Shown: positions 45,001-58,630, counted from the first letter of the stretch. The stretch is 64,000 nucleotides of DNA from Amphiscolops sp. MND2022 (GCA_964187785.1 OZ076409.1:68078001-68142000), one strand, 5' to 3'. The notes: generated by a model from the letters alone, not told the origin. Translations and numbers: made by a program.

Positions 45001-46900
45001 ATTGTCCGTCATGATTACGTATGGTCGTTCTCTGCAAGTGTTCTTCACAGGCTTGTTCTTCCTTGGTGAAAAGGCGACCTTGTGGAAGCTCTTCTATCTC
45101 CCAAAATTTCTTCAAGGTATCTTCTGGAATCAACTTCATTGAGCTGAAGCATGTTGTGAGCAACTAAATCGGCACAAAAGTTGAACCTTCAATGAAAACC
45201 CAACCCAACAAAGATTGCAGATAGTGATGTTGTTGTTTTCCTTTATTCGGTCATCCAACATGGTGGTTTTGTACAGCTCTTCTCCAAGGTTGATCTGATT
45301 TCCTGATAATGTGCTATATGTTGGGTCGGCAAGTCAGAGGTTAAGGAGGTGCTTCCAAGACGTTGTTCGAACTGTGCATGGAGGCAGAACAATAGTGAGC
45401 TTTGACATTACAAAGGCTCGCACTGGGATGCCTGTCTCGTTCATTGGCGTGAGGAGGAATCCAGTTGTTCCTCGATGATGTAGCTCATCCTTTACGACCA
45501 GTCCAAAAATTCGTGTTTGATGTTTTCGAAGCGGTAGACGTAGTCGCTTGACTAGATTATCAGTGATCAGGTTGCTTTGTGAACCTGAATATAGGAATAC
45601 TCGACAAAAGGTAGTTTCACCATTTGCCAAGATGGGAATTCTTGCTGTTTTCAGGATTTCCGGTTTTTTGTCGAAAAATCGAAGTGACAATGATTTGATT
45701 TTCCGGCGGCGGCGGCGCAGTTGCAACGGGAGCTTCTTCAGTGGCGCGGATCGGGTTGTTGTCTTCAACTGTATTGTTGAAGGATCTAGTTGGTCGAGGG
45801 GATTGCAGATGAAGAAGTGTATGATGCTTCAATTTGCATTGACGGCAGTTTGTTCCTCTGCAGTCTTAATGTTGATGACCTGCTTTCAAGCAATTAGGGC
45901 ACAGTTGGGCACAACCGCTCGATTAGGGACAGTAAGAACCTTGAACTCTGGGCAGAGGTGTAGCTTGTGAGTGCCATTGCAACACTCACATTTCATTTCG
46001 GATGTTGCGACGTTTATGTTGTAGCTGCGTTGTGATGATTGTGAATGTTGACTGTAAAGCGGGGTTGTGTTGCAGTTGTCGGCGTTGGGAGCGTAGCTAC
46101 TTCCTAGGCCTGGCATCGAGAATTTTCTGGAGGTGGTCATATGCCTGCTGTTCTGTTCCAGGAGTTGAAAGTGCCCTTAATTTTTGTGTTTCTGTTGTCA
46201 GTTTCTCTGTTAAGGGATAAACCAGAAAATCGTCTTGTTGATTGACTGGTCGTCCCAAATTTTGCAGGAATAGGCTGTGTTCTTCTACTGTTTCCAAAAG
46301 TTGTCGAAGGTCTTGGTTGATTTCTTGGTGAGTGGCTCCTGGACAACAATTGCGTTCACATGAGCGCGGCAAAATCATGCGATCGTTTTGGTAGCGGTCT
46401 CGTAACATTTTTAGAGCGACTGTTGTTAGCATCAGTAATTGTTACTGATGATATTAATTTTGCTGCGTCGGCCTCCAAAAACGCTTTGGGATTTTGCCAT
46501 TCTGGCTGTCGAGAAGTCTTCATTTGTTGTGAACTGCTCCTTTGAAGAGGCCGAAAAACAACGTCCAGTCGAGGTAATCTCCAGAGAATGTCAGCAGATC
46601 CAAATCGGGTAACTTGTTTATGTTGAGGAAGGGGGAGACGATCTTGAGGTCGATGCGGCTAAGGTGTTGCGTTTGATGAAGCGATCTATTTGGTCGAGTC
46701 GAGTTGTTGAACCAACTTGTCATGATACTTTCTGACTGTGAGGGTTGCTTCGGTGTGGAACTTGTCTTGGATTTTGACGTTGAGATCACTAAGGACGTTG
46801 TTTCCTGGCGAGGTGTTTGTGAAGTGGATCCAAGTGGATAAAGGCAACCTCAACCGACACCGAACGAGTCGGCAGAATCAATGATCCAGTCTTTTGCGGC
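42050..46900 (-). mobile_element. Element C: degenerate BEL/Pao LTR retrotransposon internal region
   Basis: Gag LPDLDLLTFSGDYLDW, CECCNGTHKLHLC and KHHTLLH. Protease-like LYSGSQSNLIT, then KKFWEIEE. RT motifs DDNLMLGPKVQKDLF and MYVDDL (~44500), and RNase H remnants. Many frameshifts. LTRs not identified; ends approximate. Confidence 0.85.
43199..43278. repeat. Imperfect (TTC)n/(GAA)n microsatellite inside element C
   Basis: Run of ctt/ttc triplets that reads as poly-Glu/Asp on the minus strand. Confidence 0.9.
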
Positions 46901-47029
46901 TACCGCGTTGTAACAAGCACGTTTTTTCCTTTGCATTTCAATTTGTGTCCTACTCTACAAGATTGGATTTTGCTTTATAACCTTTTTGCTTCAGGGTTTC
47001 TGTTTTATTTCTTTATTTTTTTGTATAAA

Positions 47030-47994
47030 ACGGCCTCAGATTTTCTCCGCAACGAATTTTGTGGTAGAAAGTGACCTACCGACACCCACTCATTTCGTGG
47101 AACAAGCGCTGTGCTTCTGGAAGAACATCTGTGCCTTATTGCTTAGCCACAAGGTTTGCAAGTCTAAATTGGTCCGAGGGTTCTCCATCTTTGATGAAGC
47201 CATTGTACGTCATGGTGAGGAGGAAGATTACTCCCGAGAAGGTGAGATGGTCTGTGATTTCCTCGTTGGGAACGAATGGGTTAGCTGCAACACCATGCCT
47301 TTAGTTTACAGCGAGGATCGCTCATTTGTTGCCTAATTCAGATCTCACAATAATGATTACGATGGGGAGTGGATAGATATCTTGCCCGGTTATTACCGAG
47401 ATGCACTGTCGAGACAACTTGTTTTTTGTGGATAAATTATGTTGCTTTAGTCGTGCCAATTATTCTTCAATCCTTCCTCATTTCGCTCTAACTCTTCCTC
47501 GTTTGGTCTCTGATATCGATGAATTCAAATCATCAAATCGAAGTGTCCCGTCTTCTTTGTCAGGTATCCCCAAGGTCTCTGGATTGTTTTCGAATCCGCG
47601 TACAATCTCTCCGATCTTCTCATTACTTGGGAAAGGGAAAAACCTCCTTGATGACGCAACGTTTTCAGTTTGGGACATTACTTCATCATGCTCTTCCTGA
47701 CGTTTGAATCATGTTTTACGTGTACCATTTCTGATGGAGAGACCCTGTGGACATCTGTTGTAGTCAGTGTTCAGCCATCTGCCATCTGCACCAGGGCCTT
47801 CCAGGTCAAGTGGGAAGTTTGTACAGCCAACGCCCTTTACTACTAAGTCTACAGAGGCAGACTCTTCTGCCAAACGCAAGGGTTCCAGTCCGAAACTCTC
47901 AACGGCTACACTTTCTGTTCCCCGAGTCAGTGCTGATGTTCCGCTTCTTCCAGATACAAGTTCCAATCAGGTTAAAAAACTCATGATCAAGTAG
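47030..47994 (+). pseudogene. C-terminal remnant of an antisense gene in D, homologous to the antisense gene of B
   Basis: FVEQALCFWKNICALLLSHKVCKSKLVRGFSIFDEAIV aligns with B's FVGKARGYLVFLLEKFLSHHSINGEIVRGLASFDPHVL. CRDNLFFVDKLCC aligns with SRYHLYRLFRLSC. Both end in a Ser-rich tail and lie convergent with IN. Confidence 0.7.
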
Positions 47995-48214
47995 AAGAAC
48001 AAGAAGAATTCTAGTGACAAAGGAACTCTTTACTGACAATTCTTGCTGCTTTGATGTAATTGCCAGTTTTTATCATAGTACTTAGCTGTTATTTCTTTAC
48101 TTTCTGACGTCTGATCTTGAGTATTTGTCCAATTTTACGAAAAAAATTAGGCTCTCGGCCTCGGTTGGAAGTGAAAAAAGAAAAAAAGAAAAAATGAATG
48201 AGGCTGTCATTTAG

Positions 48215-51200
48215 TTAAAGTCTTCGAGTCTCTTGATTTGTTTTTAATATCTCTATGAGTCTGAAAATTAGGATTTGGATTTGGGCGTAGGTTGTACTTT
48301 TCATCTCTTGTGTTAACTGTTTTTTGTATTTCTTGTGTATCAATTTCTGGGTTATAATCGGGAGTTTTTGGTAACTTTTGGGTTGGGGTGTCTTCTGAAA
48401 GTTCTGTTTTTCTTGAAATTTCTGGTATGGGCTCGTGATTTGCATTTTCAGTAGAGTTTTTTTCTTATTGTTCGGGGCTCTTCATCGTTCTCAGCATGTT
48501 GTTCTGCTGGGATCCTCCCACTGATTAAAAACTTTCGTGGGAGGGAGGGCGGTATCTTTCAGGTTGAGGAATAGGTTCATACTCAACTGTGTCGTCTTGT
48601 TGATCATTAGTTTCGTGTTCAGCATCAAATGGGGTCGATCCGAAATTGGTGTCCCAAGTGTGTGCATATAAATCATCTTGGGTAATAAGTGTTTCTTCTT
48701 TTTGCCAATCAGTTTCTCTTACAAAATCATCTGCCAGCGCTTGCGGAATGTATATTCGTAGTCGAATACGATGAAGTAGCTGGTTTTATTTGTGCCCAAT
48801 TTGCGGACAATGTAGTAATTGTTCAGTAGGACTTTCTCAACTTTATAAGGGCCAACCCATCCAAATTCTCGGAAGTGTATTTTGGTCGCTTGCGTGTTGG
48901 CTTTCGGATTCAAAATAAAGCAATAATCCTTTGTTGTGAGAGGTGCTGCTTTTGTGTTTTGGTCGTAGTATGCTTTGTATTTAAAGTAAGATTGAATTAT
49001 GTTTTTATTTGTATGATCATGGAGTAATGCGATTCGTCTTTGGACTTCTTCGGCTACGTCGGTTTGAGGTTGATTGCGAGGATTGGGGTGGAACCCAAGT
49101 TTGAAATTTAGTATATTGTGCGGAATTCTTCCATGAAAGACCCGTGTAGGTTCGCATCCGAGTGTTGCATGGTACGTTGTGTTATGGTTTAGGACTGCCA
49201 ATGGTAGAAACTTGTGCCAGTTATTTCTGAATTCTTCAGTGGCTGCCTTGAGATGAGCTTTAACTGATGCATGAGTACGTTCTAACAGTCCAATGGTTTG
49301 GGCGTGTTTTGTTGTGGCGTGTTTCAGTTCAATATTTAGGACTGCAGCTATTTCTTTCGTAAACTGAGAATTGAATTGTGTCCCCATATCAGTAATGATT
49401 GTTGTGGGCAGATATGTGTGTTTTTCATAAGATATCCATGATAATTTTGCTACTGCCGGGCAGTGATTCTTGTTACTGGATATGCAAACAAGTAGCGTGA
49501 GAACACGTCTTTTGCTGTGACGTAGTTGTCATATCCTCCGCTTGACGGAAGGTTAGGAAGAATATCCATTTGTAAAATGTCTTCCGGCCCAAATCCCATT
49601 CTGGGCAATTGAGTAGTTCTGTTTTAAGACGGTCATTATTGATCCGTTCATTTTGAAAACACATTTGGCACTTTGTTACGCAAGTTTGAATGTATTTGGC
49701 TATGCACGGATAAGAGTACTTCTGTTGTGCTTCTTGGATCATCTTTGTTATTCCTGGATGATTAGCAATATGTCAGTGAAGTGCATGTAGAAAATCATCT
49801 AGGAGTTGTTTGGGTAAGAGAATCTGATAATGGGATATCATACCAGTGTCGTTGTAGTACTTTATCATCAGAACATCCTGCTTGATCTCAATCCTCATTA
49901 TGTTTCGTAGGTAATGCTTGTATCGATAATCCAGGGTGAATCAGTTTCGTCGTAGGATTCGCCTTCGATTTTAAATCGACGATTTCTTAGAACTTGGTCA
50001 TTGTTTTGTACTAATCAAATTTTTGCATTATCTGTGAAGTGTTCTTCTCTGTAGTCAATTGTACCGGCTGTGGGTTCATGAAAAATTTGGAGTTTTGAAA
50101 CTTCGTTTTCCGGGTCACTGTGAGTATCCGTTTTTGCCGTAATACGTAATGTGTTTTTCTCTTCCCATAGTTGTTGTTCTGTGGGTGCTTCTTCAGGAAG
50201 TAGGTAGAGGGTTTCTTACGGAGCGGATATCTGAAAAAACGATAACAGGAAAGGTGCTTCCACACATAAGGTGTCCAAATTCGGAAAACGCGAAATAAAT
50301 TGCTATGAATTCTTTCGCATAGATTGACATTTTGAGTTGTGTTGGGTTGAATATTTTTGACCTAAGTGCAAGTGGGGCGTAAAGTTTTACTTCGGGATTG
50401 GAGCTTTTGGTTAGGGTCATCCTAAATCATGATGGCATAACCAGCTGCTGTGAAACTGGCATCAGTCATCAGGATGAGTTGTTTATTCTTCATCGGTTGT
50501 TTAAGGGCTAGGCTGCATGATTTTCCCAGTTGTTGGTTGAGTTCATTGAAAGTGTCCAAGACTGTGTTGGGTATACAGAATTGTGATGTTTCTTTGAGTA
50601 GTTTAAAGAAAGGCGATAGCTCTTCTCACAAACGAGGAATGTAAGTTCTGTAATAGTTGAGAAATCCAAAGTATCGTTGAAGGGCTTTTTTAAATTTCGG
50701 GACTTTGAACTTTTGAAGAAATAATTTGACTTTTTCGGTTTGTGGTGAGACTCCTCCTGGGGTGATGGTTCGTCCCAAGAAGTGAACGTCCTTGACCCCA
50801 AAAGGGCAATTAGCCATTGTAAGTTTGAGGCCTGCTTTTTTGATGCATTCAAAGTTTGTTTTAATATGATGCAAAGTTGGGTTGAATCATTTGCCGCTAT
50901 ACCAATGTCATCAACTTATTGAGCACACTGATCGGCTTTGTTAGCCTTGTCTAGGTATTCTCGCATAAGGGATGAGAAGGCACACAATGAACGGCTAAGA
51001 CCTTGGGCAAGACGTCGGTATGCAAAGGTTCGACTTGCGAAATTGAAAGCCAGCATTTGTACTGACTGGTAGTCCGCCATTTGCAAACAATGGGAGCAGT
51101 CGAGTTTGCAGAAGAGCTTCTTTCCGGCCATGTGCTGAGCTGCATCCGACAGTGCTGACTGGGTGATGAGATACATAGTCTTGTGTGATGAGATTGGTAA

Positions 51201-52940
51201 TTTTGATCAAGTCCATCAAAAGTCGAAGACGACCATTTGGTTTCCTCTGGGCGAAAATGGGGCTTGCTTATTTAGTGAAAGGTAAGGTCGTGACGATACC
51301 ATAACGATGAAGTAGGGCCAGTTCAACAGTTATGTCGTCTTTGAGGTTGATTGGGTAGGGAGATTTGACTGTAGGCAGGCCTATCATCATTAGGAGTCAA
51401 TTTAACCTTAAGTTCGTTATTGGTGCCAATATCGAACCGATGTCTGGCAAAGATATCGTGATACTGTACCAATTTGTCTTCGATGTGTTGTTTTTCGAAC
51501 GGACTAAGGGTGGTGTCTGTCCAATCGAAATTGGCGAGGTTTTTTTCGTGACTGCGTTGTCATTTGGGTTGAGTTGTTCGAGTTGTTTAAGTTCAAGAAG
51601 TTCGTCGTAAATTCGTTGTTGTATTGGTGTATTGGTGTCTGAATCCCCCGGTTGTTCGGGTGTTTGGAACTAGTACGTTTCCTGTTCGTCTGGTGTTTGA
51701 TTGACTTTCATGAGTTGGTTAAGGTATATATCGGTGTTTTCTAAATGCCGATGCATTATGAATGTGAGAATTGATGGGTCAACGGGTTTGATGTGTTTGA
51801 TTTATCTGGTGTAAGAACTCGGAAGTCTGCCATGTGTGTATCTATTGGCAGAGCGTGGGGCATATCCGAGAATTTGATTACATGATAGCCCACTGCATTG
51901 TTGTTGACTGTACTCAATGAAGCCGTAATGAAAATACTTTCATGGTCCTCCATATGTGAAGACGGTGTGACAATGCCTGTGGCATTGTGGTGTATCAAGT
52001 GTGGCATTTTGTTGGAGAGTGCGAGAATTTCTCCAGGTTGGAGTGTGTAGGTAGTTTCTGTCAGCAGAGGTGTTGCTGTTCGTGTGTTTGTTGTGTGTTC
52101 TGGCCGTAGTTGCATCGACAGGTACGGCAATGTTATTATTCCTTGCCGTACATCGAAAAGTGCATTGTGTCTCTGTAAGAAGCACAAGCTAATGGGTGGG
52201 TTAGGTAATATCTTCATCACGATGAAGTTTTTTTGAAACTGGAAATCTGCTATCTCAAATTCAAGAAGGACAGTTCCCATGGGGCGAAATTTGGTACTGG
52301 TCCGGTATCTTTAATTGCTTCATTTGCTAAGAGTTGTATTTCATTAAGATCAGCATCGGCAATCGCGCTGGTAAGAGCGCTTGTATCAAGGAGTCCATCC
52401 AGAGTTAGCTTTTGGAAATCCATGGGGAAATAGTACATAAGGCGTTTCTTTTTGAGGGTAAAGTTTTTGGAGAGGTTCAGATACATGATGTTATAACCTT
52501 CATCTGTGGTTAGATGATTGAAAACATCATTGTCAAGGAATGGTTGTTTTCCAGGTGATGCACTGAAAAAAGTTTTCGTTGATTCTGACGTGGCTTCATT
52601 GTCAGTTTGAGTTGTTGATGTGGATCGGTTTGCGTTCCTTGAAGGTATGAAGTGTTGGGGTGTTGATTTCGTGTTTCTTGTTCGAGCTGAGGCTCGGAGG
52701 TTTGTCGTAGGATGTAGTTATCTGGAGCATTTATGAGTAAGTCATGTAGATCCTCGGTGGGGTTGTGAGGTGTTGTAGTTTGTGTGTCTTATATGTGAGT
52801 CAATTTTGTTGGTCGAGTTGTTATCGAAGACTGTGACTTCTATAGGTTTTGAGCTCGACGGAGGCTGCCAGTCATCTGCTGAGAGTTGTTTTTGTGGTGT
52901 TGTTGTTTGAAGGCGTGGCTTTATTAGATTAAATCCTTCG
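48215..52940 (-). pseudogene. pol: Element D pol (PR-RT-RH-IN), fragmented
   Basis: ORF fragments 52250-52486 (PR), 50916-51176 and 50626-50874 (RT), 50193-50420 (RH), and 49473-49742 and 48719-49387 (IN). Confidence 0.85.
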
Positions 52941-55900
52941 ATGTTGATGGTTTCAAGTTTCGGGGGTTGACGGGATTGTTTGATTTTTTGTAATCGTCAA
53001 TGAGTTTTTGTTGAGTTTCCGTGAGTGTCCGCTTGGGTGGGCGATTTTCCATGTTGGCTTCAAGGCAACAATTGGGTTCTTCATGACCTGTGGTGTTACA
53101 ATGGGAGCATCGTGGTGTATCTGGTTCATTGTCCAAGTTTTGTCGTTTCGCAAGTTTTGGGCATTCTTTCGCCATGTGGCCTTCGTCCTTGCAATAACGA
53201 CATTGATTGTTCTAAAGAGTCTTGTTGGGGACTGTGTTTTGATTCTTTGTCTTTGTTTTTGTGTTTTGTGACGGATTTTTACTGTTAGTTTGCTGTTTTA
53301 CAGCAGTCATCTGCGTTTTAACAAGAGGCTCATCCGCTCCGAGACCGCTGAGCTCCATTTCACGTTCGAGGTGACGTTCAATGTGTTCGTATGTACCATT
53401 TTCAAGGTACGCATGGTCCATTGATTTTTTCAAGTGAGGAGGGATTTTTGCGTATATGAGGTTTTCGATCATTTGTGGCGCTGTTTCCCCAAATGCCTTT
53501 TCTGCGCTCTCTTGGAGATCTTCGAGAAAGTCAGGTGGCTTCTTGTTTTCGAGTTGGAACATAAGCCTGTTAAATCTATGTTTGTCTGAAGCGCTACATT
53601 CGGGCTTGACATACTTTCTGCGGAAGACTACTAGGATGTCTTCAAGTGTTGTCGTAGATGTTCGTTGTATATTCTTGAATGTTTTCAATGCTAGGCCTAT
53701 GAGATGGGCGTGAAAGTGGTTTATTTTCATCTCTTCAGATAGATGTGGCTGCATTTTGAGTAATGTGTGGAAGAGATCTTCAAAGTACTTTGAGTAGTTT
53801 AAAGAAAGGCGATAGCTCTTCTCACAAACGAGGAATGTAAGTTCTGTAATAGTTGAGAAATCCAAAGTATCGTTGAAGGGCTTTTTTAAATTTCGGGACT
53901 TTGAACTTTTGAAGAAATAATTTGACTTTTTCGGTTTGTGGTGAGACTCCTCCTGGGGTGATGGTTCGTCCCAAGAAGTGAACGTCCTTGACCCCAAAAG
54001 GGCAATTAGCCATTGTAAGTTTGAGGCCTGCTTTTTTGATGCATTCAAAGTTTGTTTTAATATGATGCAAAGTTGGGTTGAATCATTTGCCGCTATACCA
54101 ATGTCATCAACTTATTGAGCACACTGATCGGCTTTGTTAGCCTTGTCTAGGTATTCTCGCATAAGGGATGAGAAGGCAGACAATGAACGGCTAAGACCTT
54201 GGGCAAGACGTCGGTATGCAAAGGTTCGACTTGCGAAATTGAAAGCCAGCATTTGTATTGACTGGTAGTCCGCCATTTGCAAACAATGGGAGCAGTCGAG
54301 TTTGTAGAAGAGCTTCTTTCCGGCCATGTGCTGAGCTGCATCCGACAGTGCTGACTGGGTGATGAGATACATAGTCTTGTGTGATGAGATTGGTAATTTT
54401 GATCAAGTCCACCAAAAGTCGAAGACGACCATTTGGGTTTCTCTGGGCGAAAATGGGGCTTGCTTATTTAGTGAAAGGTAAGGTCGTGATGATACCATAA
54501 CGATGAAGTAGGGCCAGTTCAACAGTTATGTCGTCTTTGAGGTTGATTGGGTAGGGAGATTTGACTGTAGGCAGGCCTATCATCATTAGGAGTCAATTTA
54601 ACCTTAAGTTCGTTATTGGTGCCAATATCGAACCGATGTCTGGCAAAGATATCGTGATACTGTACCAGTTTGTCTTCGATGTGTTGTTTTTCGAACGGAC
54701 TAAGGGTGGTGTCTGTCCAATCGAAATTGGCGAGGTTTTTTTCGTGACTGCGTTGTCATTTGGGTTGAATTGTTCGAGTTGTTTAAGTTCAAGAAGTTCG
54801 TCGTAAATTCGTTGTTGTTATGGTGTATTGGTGTCTGAATCCCCCGGTTGTTCGGTGTTTGGAACTAGTACGTTTCCTGTTCGTCTGGTGTTTGATTGAC
54901 TTTCATGAGTTGGTTAAGGTATATATCGGTGTTTTCTAAATGCTGATGCATTATGAATGTGAGAATTGATGGGTCAACGGGTTTGATGTGTTTGATTTAT
55001 CTGGTGTAAGAAATCGGAAGTCTGCCATGCGTGTATCTATTGGCAAGGCGTAGGGCATATCCGAGAATTTGATTACTTGATAGCCCACTGCATTGTTGTT
55101 GACTGTACTCAATGAAGCCGTAATGAAAATACTTTCATGGTCCTCCATATGTGAAGACGGTGTGACAATGCCTGTGGCATTGTGGTGTATCAAGTGTGGC
55201 ATTTTGCTGGAGAGTGCGAGAATTTCTCCAGGTTGGAGTGTGTAGGTAGTTTCTGTCAGCAGAGGTGTTGCTGTTCGTGTGTTTGTTGTGTGTTCTGGGC
55301 GTAGTTGCATCGACAGGTACGGCAATGTTATTATTCCCTGCCGTACATCGAAAAGTGCATTGTGTCTCTGTAAGAAGCACAAGCCAATGGGTGGGTTAGG
55401 TAATATCTTCATCACGATGAAGTTTTTTTGAAACTGGAAATCTGCTATCTCAAATTCAAGAAGGACAGTTCCTATGGGGCGAAATTTGGTACTGGTCCGG
55501 TATCTTTAATTGCTTCATTTGCTAAGAGTTGTATTTCATTAAGATCAGCATCGGCAATCGCGCTGGTAAGAGCGCTTGTATCAATGAGTCCATCCAGAGT
55601 TCGCTTTTGGAAATCCATGGGAAAATAGTACATAAGGCGTTTCTTTTTGAGGGTAAAGTTTTTGGAGAGGTTCAGATACATGATGTTATAACCTTCATCT
55701 GTGGTTAGATGATTGAAAACATCATTGTCAAGGAATGGTTGTTTTCCAGGTGATGCACTGAAAAAAGTTTTCGTTGAGTCTGACGTGGCTTCATTGTCAG
55801 TTTGAGTTGTTGATGTGGATCGGTTTGCGTTCCTTGAAGGTATGAAGTGTTGGGGTGTTGATTTCGTGTTTCTTGTTCGAGCTGAGGCTCGGAGGTTTGT

Positions 55901-56984
55901 CGTAGGATGTAGTTATCTGGAGCATCTATGAGTAAGTCATGTAGATCCTCGGTGGGGTTGTGAGGTGTTGTAGTTTGTGTGTCTGTGGTATGTGAGTCAT
56001 TTTTGTTGGTCGAGTTGTTATCGAAGACTGTGACTTCTATAGGTTTTGAGCTCGACGGATGCTGCCAGTCATCTGCTGAGAGTTGTTTTTGTGGTGTTGT
56101 TGTTTGAAGGCGTGGCTTTATTAGATTAAATCCTTCGATGTTGATGGTTTCAAGTTTCGGGGGTTGACGGGATTGTTTGATTTTTTGTAATCGTCAATGA
56201 GTTTTTGTTGAGTTTCCGTGAGTGTCCGCTTGGGTGGGCGATTTTCCATGTTGGCTTCAAGGCAACAATTGGGTTCTTCATGACCTGTGGTGTTACAATG
56301 GGAGCATCGTGGTGTATCTGGTTCATTGTCCAAGTTTTGTCGTTTCGCAAGTTTTGGGCATTCTTTCGCCATGTGGCCTTCGTCCTTGCAATAACGACAT
56401 TGATTGTTCTAAAGAGTCTTGTTGGGGACTGTGTTTTGATTCTTTGTCTTTGTTTTTGTGTTTTGTGACGGATTTTTACTGTTAGTTTGCTGTTTTACAG
56501 CAGTCATCTGCGTTTTAACAAGAGGCTCATCCGCTCCGAGACCGCTGAGCTCCATTTCACGTTCGAGGTGACGTTCAATGTGTTCGTATGTACCATTTTC
56601 AAGGTACGCATGGTCCATTGATTTTTTCAAGTGAGGAGGGATTTTTGCGTATATGAGGTTTTCGATCATTTGTGGCGCTGTTTCCCCAAATGCCTTTTCT
56701 GCGCTCTCTTGGAGATCTTCGAGAAAGTCAGGTGGCTTCTTGTTTTCGAGTTGGAACATAAGCCTGTTAAATCTATGTTTGTCTGAAGCGCTACATTCGG
56801 GCTTGACATACTTTCTGCGGAAGACTACTAGGATGTCTTCAAGTGTTGTCGTAGATGTTCGTTGTATATTCTTGAATGTTTTCAATGCTAGGCCTCTGAG
56901 ATGGGCGTGAAAGTGGTTTATTTTCATCTCTTCAGATAGATGTGGCTGAATTTTGAGTATTGTGTGGAAGAGATCTTCAAAGTA
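50592..56984 (-). repeat. Head-to-tail ~3.2-kb tandem duplication in D (50592-53787 and 53788-56984)
   Basis: Near-identical gag(C-terminal)-PR-RT copies. Junction aaagtaCTttgagtag has 2-bp CT microhomology. Confidence 0.92.
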
Positions 56985-57776
56985 CTCGAATTTTTCATTT
57001 TTCTTTAGTTTACCGTTAAAAGTAAGTGTGTTTTTCGGGTGGAAGATTGAAGGTTCTGGATGTTTGCGCGCCCGTTTTTCAATTGCTAATGCACTTTGGC
57101 TGACGGGGTCTGATGTTTGAGGATGTTCGAGAAGAGGTTCCGCGTGTGGTCCGGTTGGATTTGTTGTGTTGGAATTAGGAGAACTTTGTCTCCGGATGTT
57201 CTTGGGAGGTCCTGTCACCATGTTGTGATCGGCTTTCTGTCTGTTTTTGTTCAATATTATGGTTTCATCTAGAGTTTCGTTTGCAATTCGAAGAGGAGTA
57301 ATGGTTGTCTTAGTTCACTTTTTTTGGATGGATAGAACCAATCATCCTGATCTCTATCTCCTTCTATTGTTGTGTTTGGGGCGTGTTTACTCCTGAGACC
57401 CATACTTTTTGAGATAGAAGGGACCGGGTTGCCTACTCTCGACATCTAATTTGTCAGTTGTTACATTATGGTTTTTCTTTGTTCTGATTTCGTTAAGTAT
57501 CTCTTCAAATTTGCTATTTAGTTGTTCTTCAATCAGTGTCATAATAGCATATTTTGTTCCGTTAGTCTTTGTGAGATGACCTCTATTTCAGTGCTGATTT
57601 GTGAGGGGTCTGTTAACTCACTACCTAGATTCCTGTCACAGATGTTATTTACATTTTCAGAAACATTAGTTGAAGTCGCATCACCTTGTAGAAGACTTGT
57701 TTCTGAAGTATTTTTGTTTCTATCTGGAGATTGAGATTCTGTTTTCCTCGTACGTCTATTCATTTTATTTCCCATG
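56121..57776 (-). pseudogene. gag: Element D gag (starts in the LTR; frameshifted)
   Basis: MGNKMNRRTRK... then NMVTGP across the PBS, a capsid-like region, and CSHCNTTGHEEPNC. Confidence 0.85.
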
Positions 57777-58630
57777 TTGAAAACAATTTTCGGTTGAGAA
57801 AAATCTTTGAATTTCAAAGATTTTGTTGGAAATGAAAACTTGGAGTAATCTTTACAAAGAAAGAAACTGCAAGGTTCGAAGGTGATGAAAAGTGTTTCTC
57901 TAGTTTGAGTGACTGTGTTTTGTGTGTGATTTCAGTTGAATGAATGTGGGAAAAAATGGTTTTCGGGGTCTTTCCTCAAATAATTTCATTGGGTGGTATT
58001 TTTAGTAGCTTGACCAGGAATTTTATGTAAATCATTCTAACGTCATGTTTCTAGGGTTAGGAGTTAAATTGAAATCATGACATCACATCCCTAGAAGGTC
58101 TAAAGATAGTGTCGAGGTAGCGGCGTAATAATGCGGAATATTATGCAATTTTTGCTGTTTTCCAATATAATTCCGCATATGCAGTTTTGTGAAAACCGCA
58201 TAATGCGGTATAATTGGGTTTTGTTGTGCTGCTGGTGTTCAATACACTGTTTTTGAGTGCGAACATCATGCTGTGTTCCTGAAATTTCCAGATATGCTGT
58301 TTCTGATTTAGACCATCATACTCTTTTTGGGTGATTTCTGTATATGCTGTTTCATCTGCAAGTTAAATCATCATGCTGTTTCTGAGTGATTTCCGCATAG
58401 TACAGCGTAAAGAATAAGCATCAGCATATATGACCTTATCATGCTGTTTTACTAGAATGACCTATATGCTGATTTTTACAAACTGCATAATGTAGCATAA
58501 TCCACTGGTACTTAGAGCGGATGGCTTGTTATGCTGTTTACAAAATGAAAAATAATATTGTTTTTGCACACTTCTTGCATAATCACGATATAAATGGTCT
58601 GTTATGTGGAAATTACGGCTTTGTATGACA
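57221..58630 (-). repeat. Putative 5' LTR of D (outer end tentative)
   Basis: On the minus strand it ends ...acaaCA followed by TGGTGACAGG. TATA-like run at ~58025 and repeated ATGCTGTT motifs at 58260-58540. Confidence 0.55.

Larger units (their letters stand above)
47030..58630 (-). mobile_element. Element D: degenerate Gypsy element of the same lineage as B and E; 3' LTR not seen
   Basis: Minus-strand gag (EKFEYFEDLFHT), PR (GLLDTSA), RT (xVDD with Tyr mutated to stop), RNase H and IN (LERTH, WVGPYK). PBS at 57220. Outer boundaries are approximate. Confidence 0.88.

Noticed and set aside
53212..54048. 278-aa ORF as a novel gene
   Set aside because: It is a chimera across the tandem-duplication junction: out-of-frame RT sequence fused to gag.
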